This document shows, in pieces, positions 7,626 to 16,848 of a DNA stretch of 64,000 nucleotides. Each line of letters opens with the position of its first letter. The first letter of the stretch is position 1. The translations under genes and the position numbers were made by a program. Under the pieces are notes generated by a model. It did not search any database. It saw only the letters and a list, made by a program, of their open reading frames with translations, and had not been told where the DNA came from. Origin of the DNA: Fibrobacter sp. (lineage in GTDB: Bacteria > Fibrobacterota > Fibrobacteria > Fibrobacterales > Fibrobacteraceae); NCBI GenBank assembly GCA_024399065.1, contig JAKSIB010000017.1:464-64463 (forward strand), given 5' to 3'.

Positions 7626-8981
7626 TTACTTAATGGGCTGTGCGCCGTACTTTTCCATGGCACCGAAGAGCTGGTACATTTCTTCAACTGGGTAGTGGTT
7701 GGCGTACATGGATACGCTGCTCTGGATGGAACCGACCTGGTTCATGCCAAGTGCTGCACGGAACAGGTTTGCAGGAGAATTCGGGTTGTAGTCGGTCTTT
7801 TCCTTGTAGCTTGCTATCAGGAAGTTTTCAAGGTAGTTCTGGTTGATCTTGGCGCCGAAAACCTTGGGGTCCTTCAAGGCGATATTGCCCTGCATGGACT
7901 TGTAACCCGGTTCGCCTTCGATGTCCTCAAATTCGTCAACACCGATGAACTTCATGTTGGGGCTGATGGTGAAGGACAGGTCGCCCTTCTTGTTCAGGAA
8001 GAACACGTTGTTATCGATCTTGATGTTCTTGGTCTTGTCTTCGCCCTTGGTCATGTCGACGCCGGAGAATACGCTGAGGCCGATGATGTTGTTATGGAAG
8101 TCGCAGTTGAACTTGGCGTTGCAACGGAGGCCGTAGCCCATGTCCACCATTTCGTTGGTGCGGGACCAGGTGAAGAGAATGGTGTTGTTTGCAACTTCGA
8201 GGTTTGCGATATTAGGTGTGGGCTTGCCGTACTGGTCCGGCTTTGCACCGGTAAGTTCCACGCCGATCATGCGGTTGTTCACGAACACATTGTTCAAAAC
8301 GCTGATCTTACCTTCGGGCCAGCCGCCCATGATGCCATAGTTGTCACCGTTGGCGAAAATGCAGTTCTGAATGGTGATGTTACCGGTGTCGTACACGCCG
8401 CGGATGTAGATCATTGCTGCTACGCGGGACGGGTTGGATGCTTCAACGGTGGGGTTGTCCAGGGTGTTGCCCTTTGCCGGACCCTGAGGAACCAGCATGC
8501 CCAAGGCGAAACCTTCCGGCTTGCCTTTCACCGGGTGGTAAGTGTTGGAGTAGGCTTCGTCGATGACGAGACCGTCGATGACCATGTTCACGTTCTGCTT
8601 GCCTTCAAAACCGATGTTGAGGATGCCGAGGCCTGTGCCCTGGTCCTTGTTGTTTTCGTTCTTGGGCTGGAGCATGGTGACGTTCTTGAGAGGGTCGCGG
8701 GAGCTGAAGTCGTCGGAGTAGCCGCCAATGATGCTGACCGGTTCGGTAATGTCGAACCAGCCGCGCTTGGTCTGGCCCTGGTAAACGCCCTGTGCCACGT
8801 GAATGACGTCGCCGGCCTGGGCTACCTTGAGTGCCTTCCAAAGATTCTTGTAGGGGGCAGCCTTGGAACCATCGTTACCATTGGCGCCGGTATTGAGGGA
8901 AACGTAGAGGTCTGCAGCCTGTGCGGAACCGAATGCTCCTGCCAGAATAGCTGCGGCAGCAAACAACTTGCTCTTTTTCAT
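7626..8981 (-). CDS. secreted right-handed beta-helix protein (DUF1565-like N-terminus)
   Basis: Signal peptide; LYVSLNTGANGNDGSKAAPYKNLWKAL..AQAGDVIHVAQGVY; repeated I.NN.F..N parallel beta-helix turns. Confidence 0.75.
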   Translation of the reverse strand: MKKSKLFAAAAILAGAFGSAQAADLYVSLNTGANGNDGSKAAPYKNLWKALKVAQAGDVIHVAQGVYQGQTKRGWFDITEPVSIIGGYSDDFSSRDPLKNVTMLQPKNENNKDQGTGLGILNIGFEGKQNVNMVIDGLVIDEAYSNTYHPVKGKPEGFALGMLVPQGPAKGNTLDNPTVEASNPSRVAAMIYIRGVYDTGNITIQNCIFANGDNYGIMGGWPEGKISVLNNVFVNNRMIGVELTGAKPDQYGKPTPNIANLEVANNTILFTWSRTNEMVDMGYGLRCNAKFNCDFHNNIIGLSVFSGVDMTKGEDKTKNIKIDNNVFFLNKKGDLSFTISPNMKFIGVDEFEDIEGEPGYKSMQGNIALKDPKVFGAKINQNYLENFLIASYKEKTDYNPNSPANLFRAALGMNQVGSIQSSVSMYANHYPVEEMYQLFGAMEKYGAQPIK

Positions 8982-9203
8982 TCTAAAAACACTCCTTCAA
9001 AAAACTGGGGTGCGGCAATTCGCACCTTCATTTTATGTTTCAAATATTTTGGTAACAAAAAGGTAGTAAAATTTAAAGTTTCAACAAGTTTGTTCCGAGA
9101 AATTCCAGGGAAAGTGAAGGATGGCAAATTCCTTATATTTGGGGCATAAAACAGCAGGTTTTATAGGCTAGATTTTTATATTTTGGTGCGAAAGGTGATT
9201 ATT

Positions 9204-9587
9204 ATGAAAAAAATCGTATTTGCTCTTCTCGCTTTGGCCATGTTTGCCTTTGCTGATCCGATTTCTGTTGAAGGTCGTCTTACCGAAATTCCGGGCAAGA
9301 TGCCTAGTAACGATTTGTATAGCTACGTCTATGTTTTCAAGTACAAGGTGATTTCCGGCATGGATGCCAAGGAAATTCTTGTGGGCGTGTATAATCCGCT
9401 GATTGCCCGTGGCAAGGTCAAGGACAAGATGGCTGACAAGTCCAAGGGTAATGTGGGTGAATTCAAGGCCAAGGCTAAGCACAAGTTGACTCTTGTTCCG
9501 CTGGAAGGCAACTGGGACGGCGCCGTGGAAGACGAATACTTTGACGATGAAAGCCCCCGTTACCTGGCTATCGAGGTGAACGAATAA
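9204..9587 (+). CDS. small secreted hypothetical protein
   Basis: ATG 9204 after GGTGA-like RBS; signal peptide MKKIVFALLALAMFAFA. Confidence 0.8.
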   Translation: MKKIVFALLALAMFAFADPISVEGRLTEIPGKMPSNDLYSYVYVFKYKVISGMDAKEILVGVYNPLIARGKVKDKMADKSKGNVGEFKAKAKHKLTLVPLEGNWDGAVEDEYFDDESPRYLAIEVNE

Positions 9588-9599
9588 TCTCGTCCTCCT

Positions 9600-11018
9600 A
9601 TGGTTTTTTCTTCTCAGCTTTTCTTGTTCTACTTTTTACCCACGTTCCTCGTCGGGTATTTTGTTCTGTGTAAGCTTGGTGCCAGGCATTCCTACCTGAA
9701 TTTCTTTATCACGGTTTTCAGCTATATCTTCTATGGTTGGTTGGAACCGTGGCTTGTTTTTTTGATGTTCGGCTCCACCTTGGTGGTGTACATTGCAGGC
9801 AAGCTGATTTCTGCGGAAGGAGCTAGCAAGCGTCAACGAAATCTTGGCTTGGCTCTCGCCGTGGTGACCAATCTTGGCGCACTGGGATTTTTCAAATACT
9901 ACATGTTTGGCATGGGGGCTATAAACTCGGTCCTTGTGAAACTTGGTTGTGAACCCTTTACCATTATGACGGTTCTCTTGCCGGTGGGTATTTCCTTCTA
10001 TACCTTCCAGTCCATGAGCTACGCCATTGACGTTTGGCGCGGTACTGCTCCTCCGGTAAAGAACTTTGCAACGTTTGCCTGCTATGTGGCCCTGTTTCCC
10101 CAGTTGGTGGCGGGTCCTATTGTCCGTTACAATACGGTGGCTGAGGAGTTGGATACAAGAACCCATTCCGTTGAGAATTTTGTTCGCGGTATAGAGTTCT
10201 TCTGCTTTGGTTTTGCGGAAAAGATTTTCCTTGCGAATCAGGTTGGTATTATTGCGGATAGAGTCTTTGCTGCTGATGCGCCTGGAGTCTTGAATTGCTG
10301 GTGGGGCGCCATTGCCTACATGTTCCAGATTTACTTTGACTTTTCTGCCTATTCTAACATGGCCATTGGGCTAGGCTTGATGCTGGGATTCCATTTCCCG
10401 AGAAATTTTGATGGTCCGTATAGGTCTCTCAGCATTACCGAATTTTGGAAGCGGTGGCATATTTCCTTGACTAGCTGGTTCCGTGACTACCTTTACATTG
10501 CCTTGGGTGGTAACCGCGTCAGCAAGCCCAGACTTTATTTCAATCTGTTCATGGTGATGTTCGTCAGCGGTGTATGGCACGGTGCCAACTGGACGTTCAT
10601 TTGCTGGGGCTTGTACCACGCTTTCTTTATGATTGTGGAACGTGCCAACAATAAGCAAGCTTTCTATGCGAAGGCTCCGAAAGTTATCCAGTTGTTGATT
10701 ACCCAGGTCATTGTCTTGTTTGGCTGGGTTCTGTTCCGTGCGGATAATATTGGTGAAGCTTGGCGTATGTGGAAAGCCATGTTGGGCTTGAATGCGGTTA
10801 GTGTTTATGATTCTGTTTTGACTGCAGAAATATTTACTCCGACCTGCGTATTTTTCATGATTGTCGCAGGAGTGCTTTCATTCTGGAAGTTCCGTTCCTT
10901 TGATTGGTGCAACAAGGTAAGCCCCAAACGAGCCGTCCTGGCTTTGGTAATTTTTGTGGTTGCGGTGCTGGCTTTGTTCACCCAGAGCTATAATCCGTTC
11001 CTTTACTTCCAGTTCTAG
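9600..11018 (+). CDS. MBOAT O-acyltransferase (AlgI/DltB-like)
   Basis: LPVGISFYTFQ, FFPQLVAGPIVR-like, YFDFSAYSNMAIG, EFWKRWHISL, catalytic SGVWHGANWTF. Confidence 0.93.
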   Translation: MVFSSQLFLFYFLPTFLVGYFVLCKLGARHSYLNFFITVFSYIFYGWLEPWLVFLMFGSTLVVYIAGKLISAEGASKRQRNLGLALAVVTNLGALGFFKYYMFGMGAINSVLVKLGCEPFTIMTVLLPVGISFYTFQSMSYAIDVWRGTAPPVKNFATFACYVALFPQLVAGPIVRYNTVAEELDTRTHSVENFVRGIEFFCFGFAEKIFLANQVGIIADRVFAADAPGVLNCWWGAIAYMFQIYFDFSAYSNMAIGLGLMLGFHFPRNFDGPYRSLSITEFWKRWHISLTSWFRDYLYIALGGNRVSKPRLYFNLFMVMFVSGVWHGANWTFICWGLYHAFFMIVERANNKQAFYAKAPKVIQLLITQVIVLFGWVLFRADNIGEAWRMWKAMLGLNAVSVYDSVLTAEIFTPTCVFFMIVAGVLSFWKFRSFDWCNKVSPKRAVLALVIFVVAVLALFTQSYNPFLYFQF

Positions 11019-11063
11019 AAAATCTGTTGGCGGATTGAAAATAGACCGGCTGAAAATTTGGAT

Positions 11064-11101
11064 AAAAAGAAAAATCCTCGGCGTAAAACCGAGGATTTTT
11101 T
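11064..11101. terminator. bidirectional terminator between MBOAT and metK
   Basis: AAAAATCCTCGG-CGTAAAA-CCGAGGATTTTT between convergent genes. Confidence 0.85.
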
Positions 11102-11151
11102 AATGTCTTTGTGCGGGGTAAAAACTCCGCGGCATTTGCTTGGAAAAGCGA

Positions 11152-12345
11152 TTACTTGATGCCGGCAGCTTTCTTAAGTGCGGCAGCCTTGTCAGTCTTT
11201 TCCCAAGTGAAGCGCTTGCCTTCACGACCGAAGTGGCCGAGAGCGGCAGTTGCCTGGTAACCCGGCTTCTTCAGGTCAAGCATCTTGTTGAGGCCTGCCG
11301 GAGAGAGGTCGAAGAACTTTGCTACGAGAGCTTCGATTTCGCGGTCGCCGATCTTACCGGTGCCGAAGGTGTTCACGAGAACAGAAACCGGCTTGGAGTA
11401 ACCGATGGCGTATGCAACCTGGACTTCGCAACGGCGGGCGAGGCCTGCTGCCACGATGTTCTTTGCAACGTAACGTGCAGCGTATGCGCCGGAACGGTCC
11501 ACCTTGGACGGGTCCTTACCGCTGAAAGCGCCACCACCATGACGGCCCATGCCACCGTAGGTGTCCACGATGATCTTACGACCGGTAAGGCCGCAGTCGC
11601 CATGAGGACCGCCAACGACGAACTTGCCGGTGGGGTTGATGAGGTAACGGGTCTTCTTGTCCAGAAGCTTAGCCGGAATCACCTTCTTGATGAGCTTTTC
11701 GATGATTTCCTTTTCGATCTGGCTGTGCTTCAGTTCCTTGCCGTTGACCTTTTCTTCGTGCTGGGTAGAGATAACGACGGTGTCCACGCGGACCGGCTTG
11801 TCGTTTTCGTCATATTCAACAGTAACCTGGGACTTTGCGTCCGGACGGAGCCACTTGATCTTGCCCTTTTCGCGGAGGTTCTGGATTTCTTCCATGAGCT
11901 TGTGGGCGAGGCTGATGGGGAGCGGCATCAATTCCTTGGTATCGTCGCAAGCAAAGCCGAACATCATGCCCTGGTCGCCAGCACCCTGCTTGTCGTCTTC
12001 CTTACCGTCGGCAGCCTTAGCGTCAACACCCTGAGCGATGTCCGGGGACTGCTTGTCAACTGCAACGAGAACAGCGCAGCTCTTGTAGTCGAAGCCGATT
12101 TCGGAATCGGTGTAACCGATGCCCTTGATGGTTTCGCGAGCGATGGACTGGTAGTCGATGTCTGCCTTGGTGGTGATTTCACCGGAGATGACCACGAGAC
12201 CGGTGTTCACGAGAGTTTCGCAAGCAACGCGGCTGGAGGGGTCCTGAGCAAGGCAGGCGTCCAAGATAGCATCGGAAATCTGGTCGCAGACCTTGTCCGG
12301 ATGACCCTTGGAAACGGATTCGGAAGTAAAGAGATAATGTGCCAT
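11152..12345 (-). CDS. metK: S-adenosylmethionine synthetase
   Basis: [49 protein letters not shown]. Confidence 0.98.
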   Translation of the reverse strand: MAHYLFTSESVSKGHPDKVCDQISDAILDACLAQDPSSRVACETLVNTGLVVISGEITTKADIDYQSIARETIKGIGYTDSEIGFDYKSCAVLVAVDKQSPDIAQGVDAKAADGKEDDKQGAGDQGMMFGFACDDTKELMPLPISLAHKLMEEIQNLREKGKIKWLRPDAKSQVTVEYDENDKPVRVDTVVISTQHEEKVNGKELKHSQIEKEIIEKLIKKVIPAKLLDKKTRYLINPTGKFVVGGPHGDCGLTGRKIIVDTYGGMGRHGGGAFSGKDPSKVDRSGAYAARYVAKNIVAAGLARRCEVQVAYAIGYSKPVSVLVNTFGTGKIGDREIEALVAKFFDLSPAGLNKMLDLKKPGYQATAALGHFGREGKRFTWEKTDKAAALKKAAGIK

Positions 12346-12628
12346 TATTGGCTCCTTTTTGTGTTAACAGCACCGAAAAGATGGTCGCATTTTTGACCAG
12401 CCCAAGCGCTGAAAAAACGATTTGTGTTTTTCTATGCATAAATTTACAAATTTGCATAAAACCTGACAACGGGTTTATCATTATTTATTCGGAAAATGTC
12501 AGAAAATTGGGAAACGTGTCAAGAAAAGAAAAAGTGATTTTTTGCACAAATATCAGCAGCTTGCCACAAAAACGAAATTATTTCAGTATATTATCCATGT
12601 TTAAAATACGAACAAGGTTTTGTTTTTT

Positions 12629-13390
12629 ATGAAACTTAATGAATTTTCTGCTTGGTTGAATGAACTGCTTTCTCCGCAGTTGTTCCATGATTATTGCAAT
12701 AACGGCCTCTGTGTCGAGGCTTCTGACGAAGTGACTAAGGTGATTACCGGCGTCAGCTTCCGCGACCGCTTGATTGAAGCTGCTGTGGAAGAAGGTGCAG
12801 ACTGTATTATTGTCCACCATCCCAATGGCTTCTGGAAGAATGAGGACCGTATTCTTACGGGAAAGTTCGGTGAACGTATGCGCCGCCTTATGAAGTTGGG
12901 TATTTCCTTGTATGGCTATCATCTGCCTTTGGATGGCCACCGCGGCATCGGCAACAACGCCCTTATCGCCAAGGCTATGGGCTTGAGCAATATCCAAGGT
13001 TTTATGCAGGAAGGCGATGCTTCCGTTGGTATTATCGGCGAGTGGGAATCTCCTGCAACTCAGGTGGAATTCCTGGAAAGTGCAAACATTGCGTTCCCCA
13101 TGGGTGTCCAGAACCAGTTCCTTTTTGGAAGTGATTCCATTAAGAAGGTGGCGATCTGTAGTGGATCTGGAGCTAGCGGCATTGAAGAAGCTGTGAATTT
13201 GGGCTGTGACGCTTTCGTTACTGGTGAAATCAAGGAATCCGTTCCTATCCTGGTGGAAGAAGCTGGCTTCAATTTGATTTCTGCCGGTCATCATCGTTCC
13301 GAGGTCTTCGGTGTACGTGCCCTGGCCCAGAAAATCAATGAAGAACTGCGAATTCCCGCCAAATTCATCGACGTGGATAATCCTATTTAA
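12629..13390 (+). CDS. Nif3-like dinuclear metal centre protein (YbgI family)
   Basis: DYCNNGL.VE, IVHHP, YHLPLDGH..IGNN, AGHHRSE motifs; start taken at ATG 12629. Confidence 0.9.
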   Translation: MKLNEFSAWLNELLSPQLFHDYCNNGLCVEASDEVTKVITGVSFRDRLIEAAVEEGADCIIVHHPNGFWKNEDRILTGKFGERMRRLMKLGISLYGYHLPLDGHRGIGNNALIAKAMGLSNIQGFMQEGDASVGIIGEWESPATQVEFLESANIAFPMGVQNQFLFGSDSIKKVAICSGSGASGIEEAVNLGCDAFVTGEIKESVPILVEEAGFNLISAGHHRSEVFGVRALAQKINEELRIPAKFIDVDNPI

Positions 13391-13464
13391 GGCGAACGCC
13401 GCAAAATATGCTTGCATATTTTATGGCTGAGCCGCTATGGGGAGCACCGTAGGTGCCATCCTAT
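13391..13464. repeat. nested palindromic intergenic element (two hairpins)
   Basis: AAAATATG-CTTG-CATATTTT core inside GGC..GCC / GGC..GCC arms, then GCACC-GTA-GGTGC hairpin. Confidence 0.6.
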
Positions 13465-13586
13465 CTAAGGTGAGAGTCGCAAAATTCGTCTAGTTTGTAA
13501 AAATCTGTTTACTAAATTGCGGTTTTTACGCCCCCGGAAGAGGTCGGTTTGACTTTTCGGGGGCCTTTTTATATCTTTAGAGCCCC

Positions 13587-14507
13587 ATGGAATTCGTGAA
13601 AACCACAATACACTTCCAGAATTCGACTAAGTCCATGACGCTGCATGTGCCGGCGTTCTTGTTCAAGGCTTGGCCGGTTCTTCGTGTGTTTATGGTCATT
13701 GGCGTTATTCTGTTTGTGGTCCAGGTGGCTTCTACCACTATATATGATGGAATCTTGAACCACCAGATCAACAACCGTTTGGAGCTGGACAAGGAAATGT
13801 CCCAGATCCAGGAAACCATGGATTACCTGAAGAACACCTCCTCGGACTTCCTCAGGGACGAAAACCGACTTTATGCCCGCTTTGGACTGCCCACTCAGGA
13901 TGAAGCCTCCCGCTGCCTGGGTACCGGTGGCAACATCAGCCCCGACTCCTTGTTGCTCCGTAAGTCCTCTCCGGTTTTTGAACGTATGTCCGTCCTTGGC
14001 GAAACTGCCACTCGACTTGGCAACATGATCTCCAACAACGACGCCTCCTTCAGAAACTTGAACAAGTATATGGAACAGAAGCTCTCCATGTGGCGCTTCA
14101 TTCCGTCTATCGCCCCGACCCAGGGTCGATATGCTTCTTCTTTTGGCCCCCGCATTCACCCGATTACCGGTCAGGTGGGTAAGATGCACCAGGGCGTAGA
14201 TATTTCCAATGAACGCTGGACCCCGATTTTCGCCCCTGCCGATGGTGTGGTTGAAATCGCTCAGCTCAGCTCTTCCTTCGGAAACTTCGTTACTTTGAAT
14301 CATGGCAACGGTCTCAAGACCCGCTACGGCCACATGCAGATGTTTGTGGTTCATCCGGGCGAATTCGTTACCCGTTACCAGATTATTGGCTATATGGGAA
14401 ACACCGGTCTTTCCGTCGGTCCGCACCTCCATTACGAGGTCTGGATGGGAAACAACCCTGTGAACCCGCTTGCTTATATGCTTCCGAACGACCACTCCAT
14501 CGACTAG
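13587..14507 (+). CDS. M23-family metallopeptidase
   Basis: HQGVD, APADG, TRYGHM, GPHLHYEV motifs; N-terminal TM and coiled coil. Confidence 0.92.
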   Translation: MEFVKTTIHFQNSTKSMTLHVPAFLFKAWPVLRVFMVIGVILFVVQVASTTIYDGILNHQINNRLELDKEMSQIQETMDYLKNTSSDFLRDENRLYARFGLPTQDEASRCLGTGGNISPDSLLLRKSSPVFERMSVLGETATRLGNMISNNDASFRNLNKYMEQKLSMWRFIPSIAPTQGRYASSFGPRIHPITGQVGKMHQGVDISNERWTPIFAPADGVVEIAQLSSSFGNFVTLNHGNGLKTRYGHMQMFVVHPGEFVTRYQIIGYMGNTGLSVGPHLHYEVWMGNNPVNPLAYMLPNDHSID

Positions 14508-14581
14508 GCTTTGGAGCTTGTGGTCTGACCACTCCATCGACTAGGCTTTGGAGCTTGCGGTCTGACCACTCCATCGACTAG
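14490..14581. repeat. 37-bp direct tandem repeat, about 2.5 copies
   Basis: GACCACTCCATCGACTAGGCTTTGGAGCTTG(T/C)GGTCT at 14490 and 14527, partial at 14564; no spacers. Confidence 0.9.
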
Positions 14582-14674
14582 CCCAGCTAGCGAAGAGTCG
14601 TTAGAGGCTTTTCTACTCGAGAAAATAGCGCCGGCGTGACTGGCTAAGAGTGGACGCACCCTAGGGAGGGTGTC

Positions 14675-16087
14675 TTGCTTGAAATTATTGCGGCGTTGGC
14701 TTGCCCCATGCTGGTTGAAGTGCTTGCGGACCCGGTGGACGTAAGCGATTCCCAAGGTGAATTTGTTGAAATCCGGTTGCCCGACGAGGGCCGCGCGGCT
14801 TTTGACTCCTTGTTCATTCAGTTCGAGGAAAAATCGGCCTTGAAATTTCCCTTTCCGGAGGGAAGGCGGTTTGTCCTGACCCATGATTCATCCTTTTGCC
14901 CTAAGATAGAGGGGGTGGGCTGCGGCCTTCTTGGGGCTGTGAACCTCCCGAATTCCAGGGAAACCTATTGGCGGACCTGGGTGGGGCGTCGGGACGGGGC
15001 GTTAATTTGTCATGACTCAGTTTTGGTGCCGAGTCCTAAGGCAGGGAAGTCTCTTCAGCGGTTGAAGGAAACGGACCGTTGGGAGGTGACGGAACCAACC
15101 TTTGGAGAGGCGAGCCCCCTGTATGAATTGGGGGTGAAGGACTGTGGGTTGGATCCGCTGACGGCAACGGGCGAATGGAGCCTGCGTTTTTCCATGTCGG
15201 GGTGCGACTCGTCCCTGATTCAATATAGGGTGGAGGACTTGTTTAAGGGAACGACTTGGCAAGATTCTTCCGTAATTAAACCGTTTTTGCAGGTGGAGGA
15301 TGCGAAGGGTATGGCTTTGCGGGTAACGGCAAACCTTCCGAGGGATGAATCTTCCTTCAATGACACTTTGGATACCTTGCTTGTTTTGCCCGGCTCTTCG
15401 CCAATTGTAATTTCCGAGGTTCACCATTGTCCCCAGGAACCGGAGCCCGAATGGGTGGAGGTTTACAATCGTACAGGCCGCTCCTTGGCGCTTCAAAAGT
15501 TTCGCTTTTGCGATAGGGGAGGCTTGTGGGGAAAATCGGCTGCTGATTCCATAGCTCCATTCCAGTCCTTCATTTTCACGAAAGATTCCTCGGGGTTGCG
15601 AGAAATTCTCGGCTATAGGGATGCCCGCCTGGTTCAGTTGTCCATGGGCTATTTGAACAACGCCTCGGGAAGCATCAGCCTTTGTTATGGGGATGTTGTC
15701 CTTGATTCTGTTTCCTGGGACAAGTCTACGGTTTCCTGCCCATTGGGGTTTAGTCCCATTACGGGAAAGTCGGAATATACCCCAGGCTTTCAACGGTCCG
15801 CCCAGAACTCATCGTCTCAACAAAACGGAATTCCTTTTACATACAAATTATCATCAAGGATTGTCCGTCGGAACGGCTCTTTGAGGGTTTATGTGGAAAG
15901 TGAAAATTCTGTAGAATTGAAATTGCTGGATTCCGCGGGACATGTCCAATGGACTCAAGTTGCTCCGGCAAGATCCAATGCCTGGTGGAATGTTCCTTTA
16001 AGAGGCTTGCCTCGGACGGGGGTGGCCTACATCTCTCTTAAATCGGGTTCCTTTGAAAATCTGGTGGGATTCGTTTTGCGTCCATAG
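14675..16087 (+). CDS. lamin-tail-domain-containing exported protein
   Basis: IVISEVHH.PQEPEPEWVEVYN and N-terminal EVLADP...EFVEI LTD-type motifs; Ig-like C-terminal region; start uncertain. Confidence 0.65.
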   Translation: MLEIIAALACPMLVEVLADPVDVSDSQGEFVEIRLPDEGRAAFDSLFIQFEEKSALKFPFPEGRRFVLTHDSSFCPKIEGVGCGLLGAVNLPNSRETYWRTWVGRRDGALICHDSVLVPSPKAGKSLQRLKETDRWEVTEPTFGEASPLYELGVKDCGLDPLTATGEWSLRFSMSGCDSSLIQYRVEDLFKGTTWQDSSVIKPFLQVEDAKGMALRVTANLPRDESSFNDTLDTLLVLPGSSPIVISEVHHCPQEPEPEWVEVYNRTGRSLALQKFRFCDRGGLWGKSAADSIAPFQSFIFTKDSSGLREILGYRDARLVQLSMGYLNNASGSISLCYGDVVLDSVSWDKSTVSCPLGFSPITGKSEYTPGFQRSAQNSSSQQNGIPFTYKLSSRIVRRNGSLRVYVESENSVELKLLDSAGHVQWTQVAPARSNAWWNVPLRGLPRTGVAYISLKSGSFENLVGFVLRP

Positions 16088-16097
16088 GGGAGGTTTT

Positions 16098-16829
16098 ATG
16101 TCTTGTTTTGTAAGAATCTTGCTCTTGTGCGCCTTCTTGTGTGACGTGGCTTTATCGGCGGAAAGTCCCTTGGCTTTGACGGGTTTGCCTTGCTACGAGT
16201 CTTCTCCTGCAAGGAAATCTGCTCCTGGAATCGGCCTTTCTTTTACTTCCTTTATAAATACGGAAGAGTATGATTTTGAATCTTCGGGGGAGCTGGAATT
16301 CAAAAATCATCGCGGAGCGTTTCTTGTTGATTTTCACCGGCTGGACTCGGTTTACCAACGGATTTATTCAGAATTGGAATGGGGTTATCCTTTTTCCCGT
16401 GTAATCGCTGGCTTTGGATATGGGGTTTCCTTGGAATGGATTCCTGGGCAAACTCTTTGGACCCGCCATCGCTACAAGGTGGGCTTGTCCTTTGAATGGA
16501 ACCGGATGTACATTGGAGGGATGGCTAGCGGATGGTTTGATGACATGAAAAGAATCGATTTTCTTGTGGGGGGCGGATTTTCCGCTTCGGGTAGTTTCAG
16601 CATGTTCTATTCTTGGGACGGAAAAAATATCAATGTGGGAACCACGGTGGATGTTCATGGTGTTTCTTTGGCATCCGGGTTTCGTTTTCCTGGCTTCGGC
16701 GTGGCTTTGGCCTTGGATTTTTCATTAAGCCAGTGGAAGTTTGGTTGCGATTATGTTTTTGCCAATGAAAGACGCGATCTGTTTGGGGTAGGCTTGTCCA
16801 AAAGTTTAAAGAAAAAGACTATCTTGTAG
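16098..16829 (+). CDS. putative outer-membrane beta-barrel protein
   Basis: GGAGG RBS before ATG 16098, signal peptide, aromatic/Gly alternating strands. Confidence 0.6.
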   Translation: MSCFVRILLLCAFLCDVALSAESPLALTGLPCYESSPARKSAPGIGLSFTSFINTEEYDFESSGELEFKNHRGAFLVDFHRLDSVYQRIYSELEWGYPFSRVIAGFGYGVSLEWIPGQTLWTRHRYKVGLSFEWNRMYIGGMASGWFDDMKRIDFLVGGGFSASGSFSMFYSWDGKNINVGTTVDVHGVSLASGFRFPGFGVALALDFSLSQWKFGCDYVFANERRDLFGVGLSKSLKKKTIL

Positions 16830-16848
16830 GTAAGCTTTTTGGGACGTT

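Noticed and set aside
12346-12620. SAM riboswitch before metK
   Set aside because: No recognisable SAM-I/II consensus in the leader.
14490-14581. CRISPR array (37-bp palindromic repeats)
   Set aside because: Units are directly adjacent with no spacers, only 2.5 copies, the first overlaps a gene end, and no cas genes are in the window.
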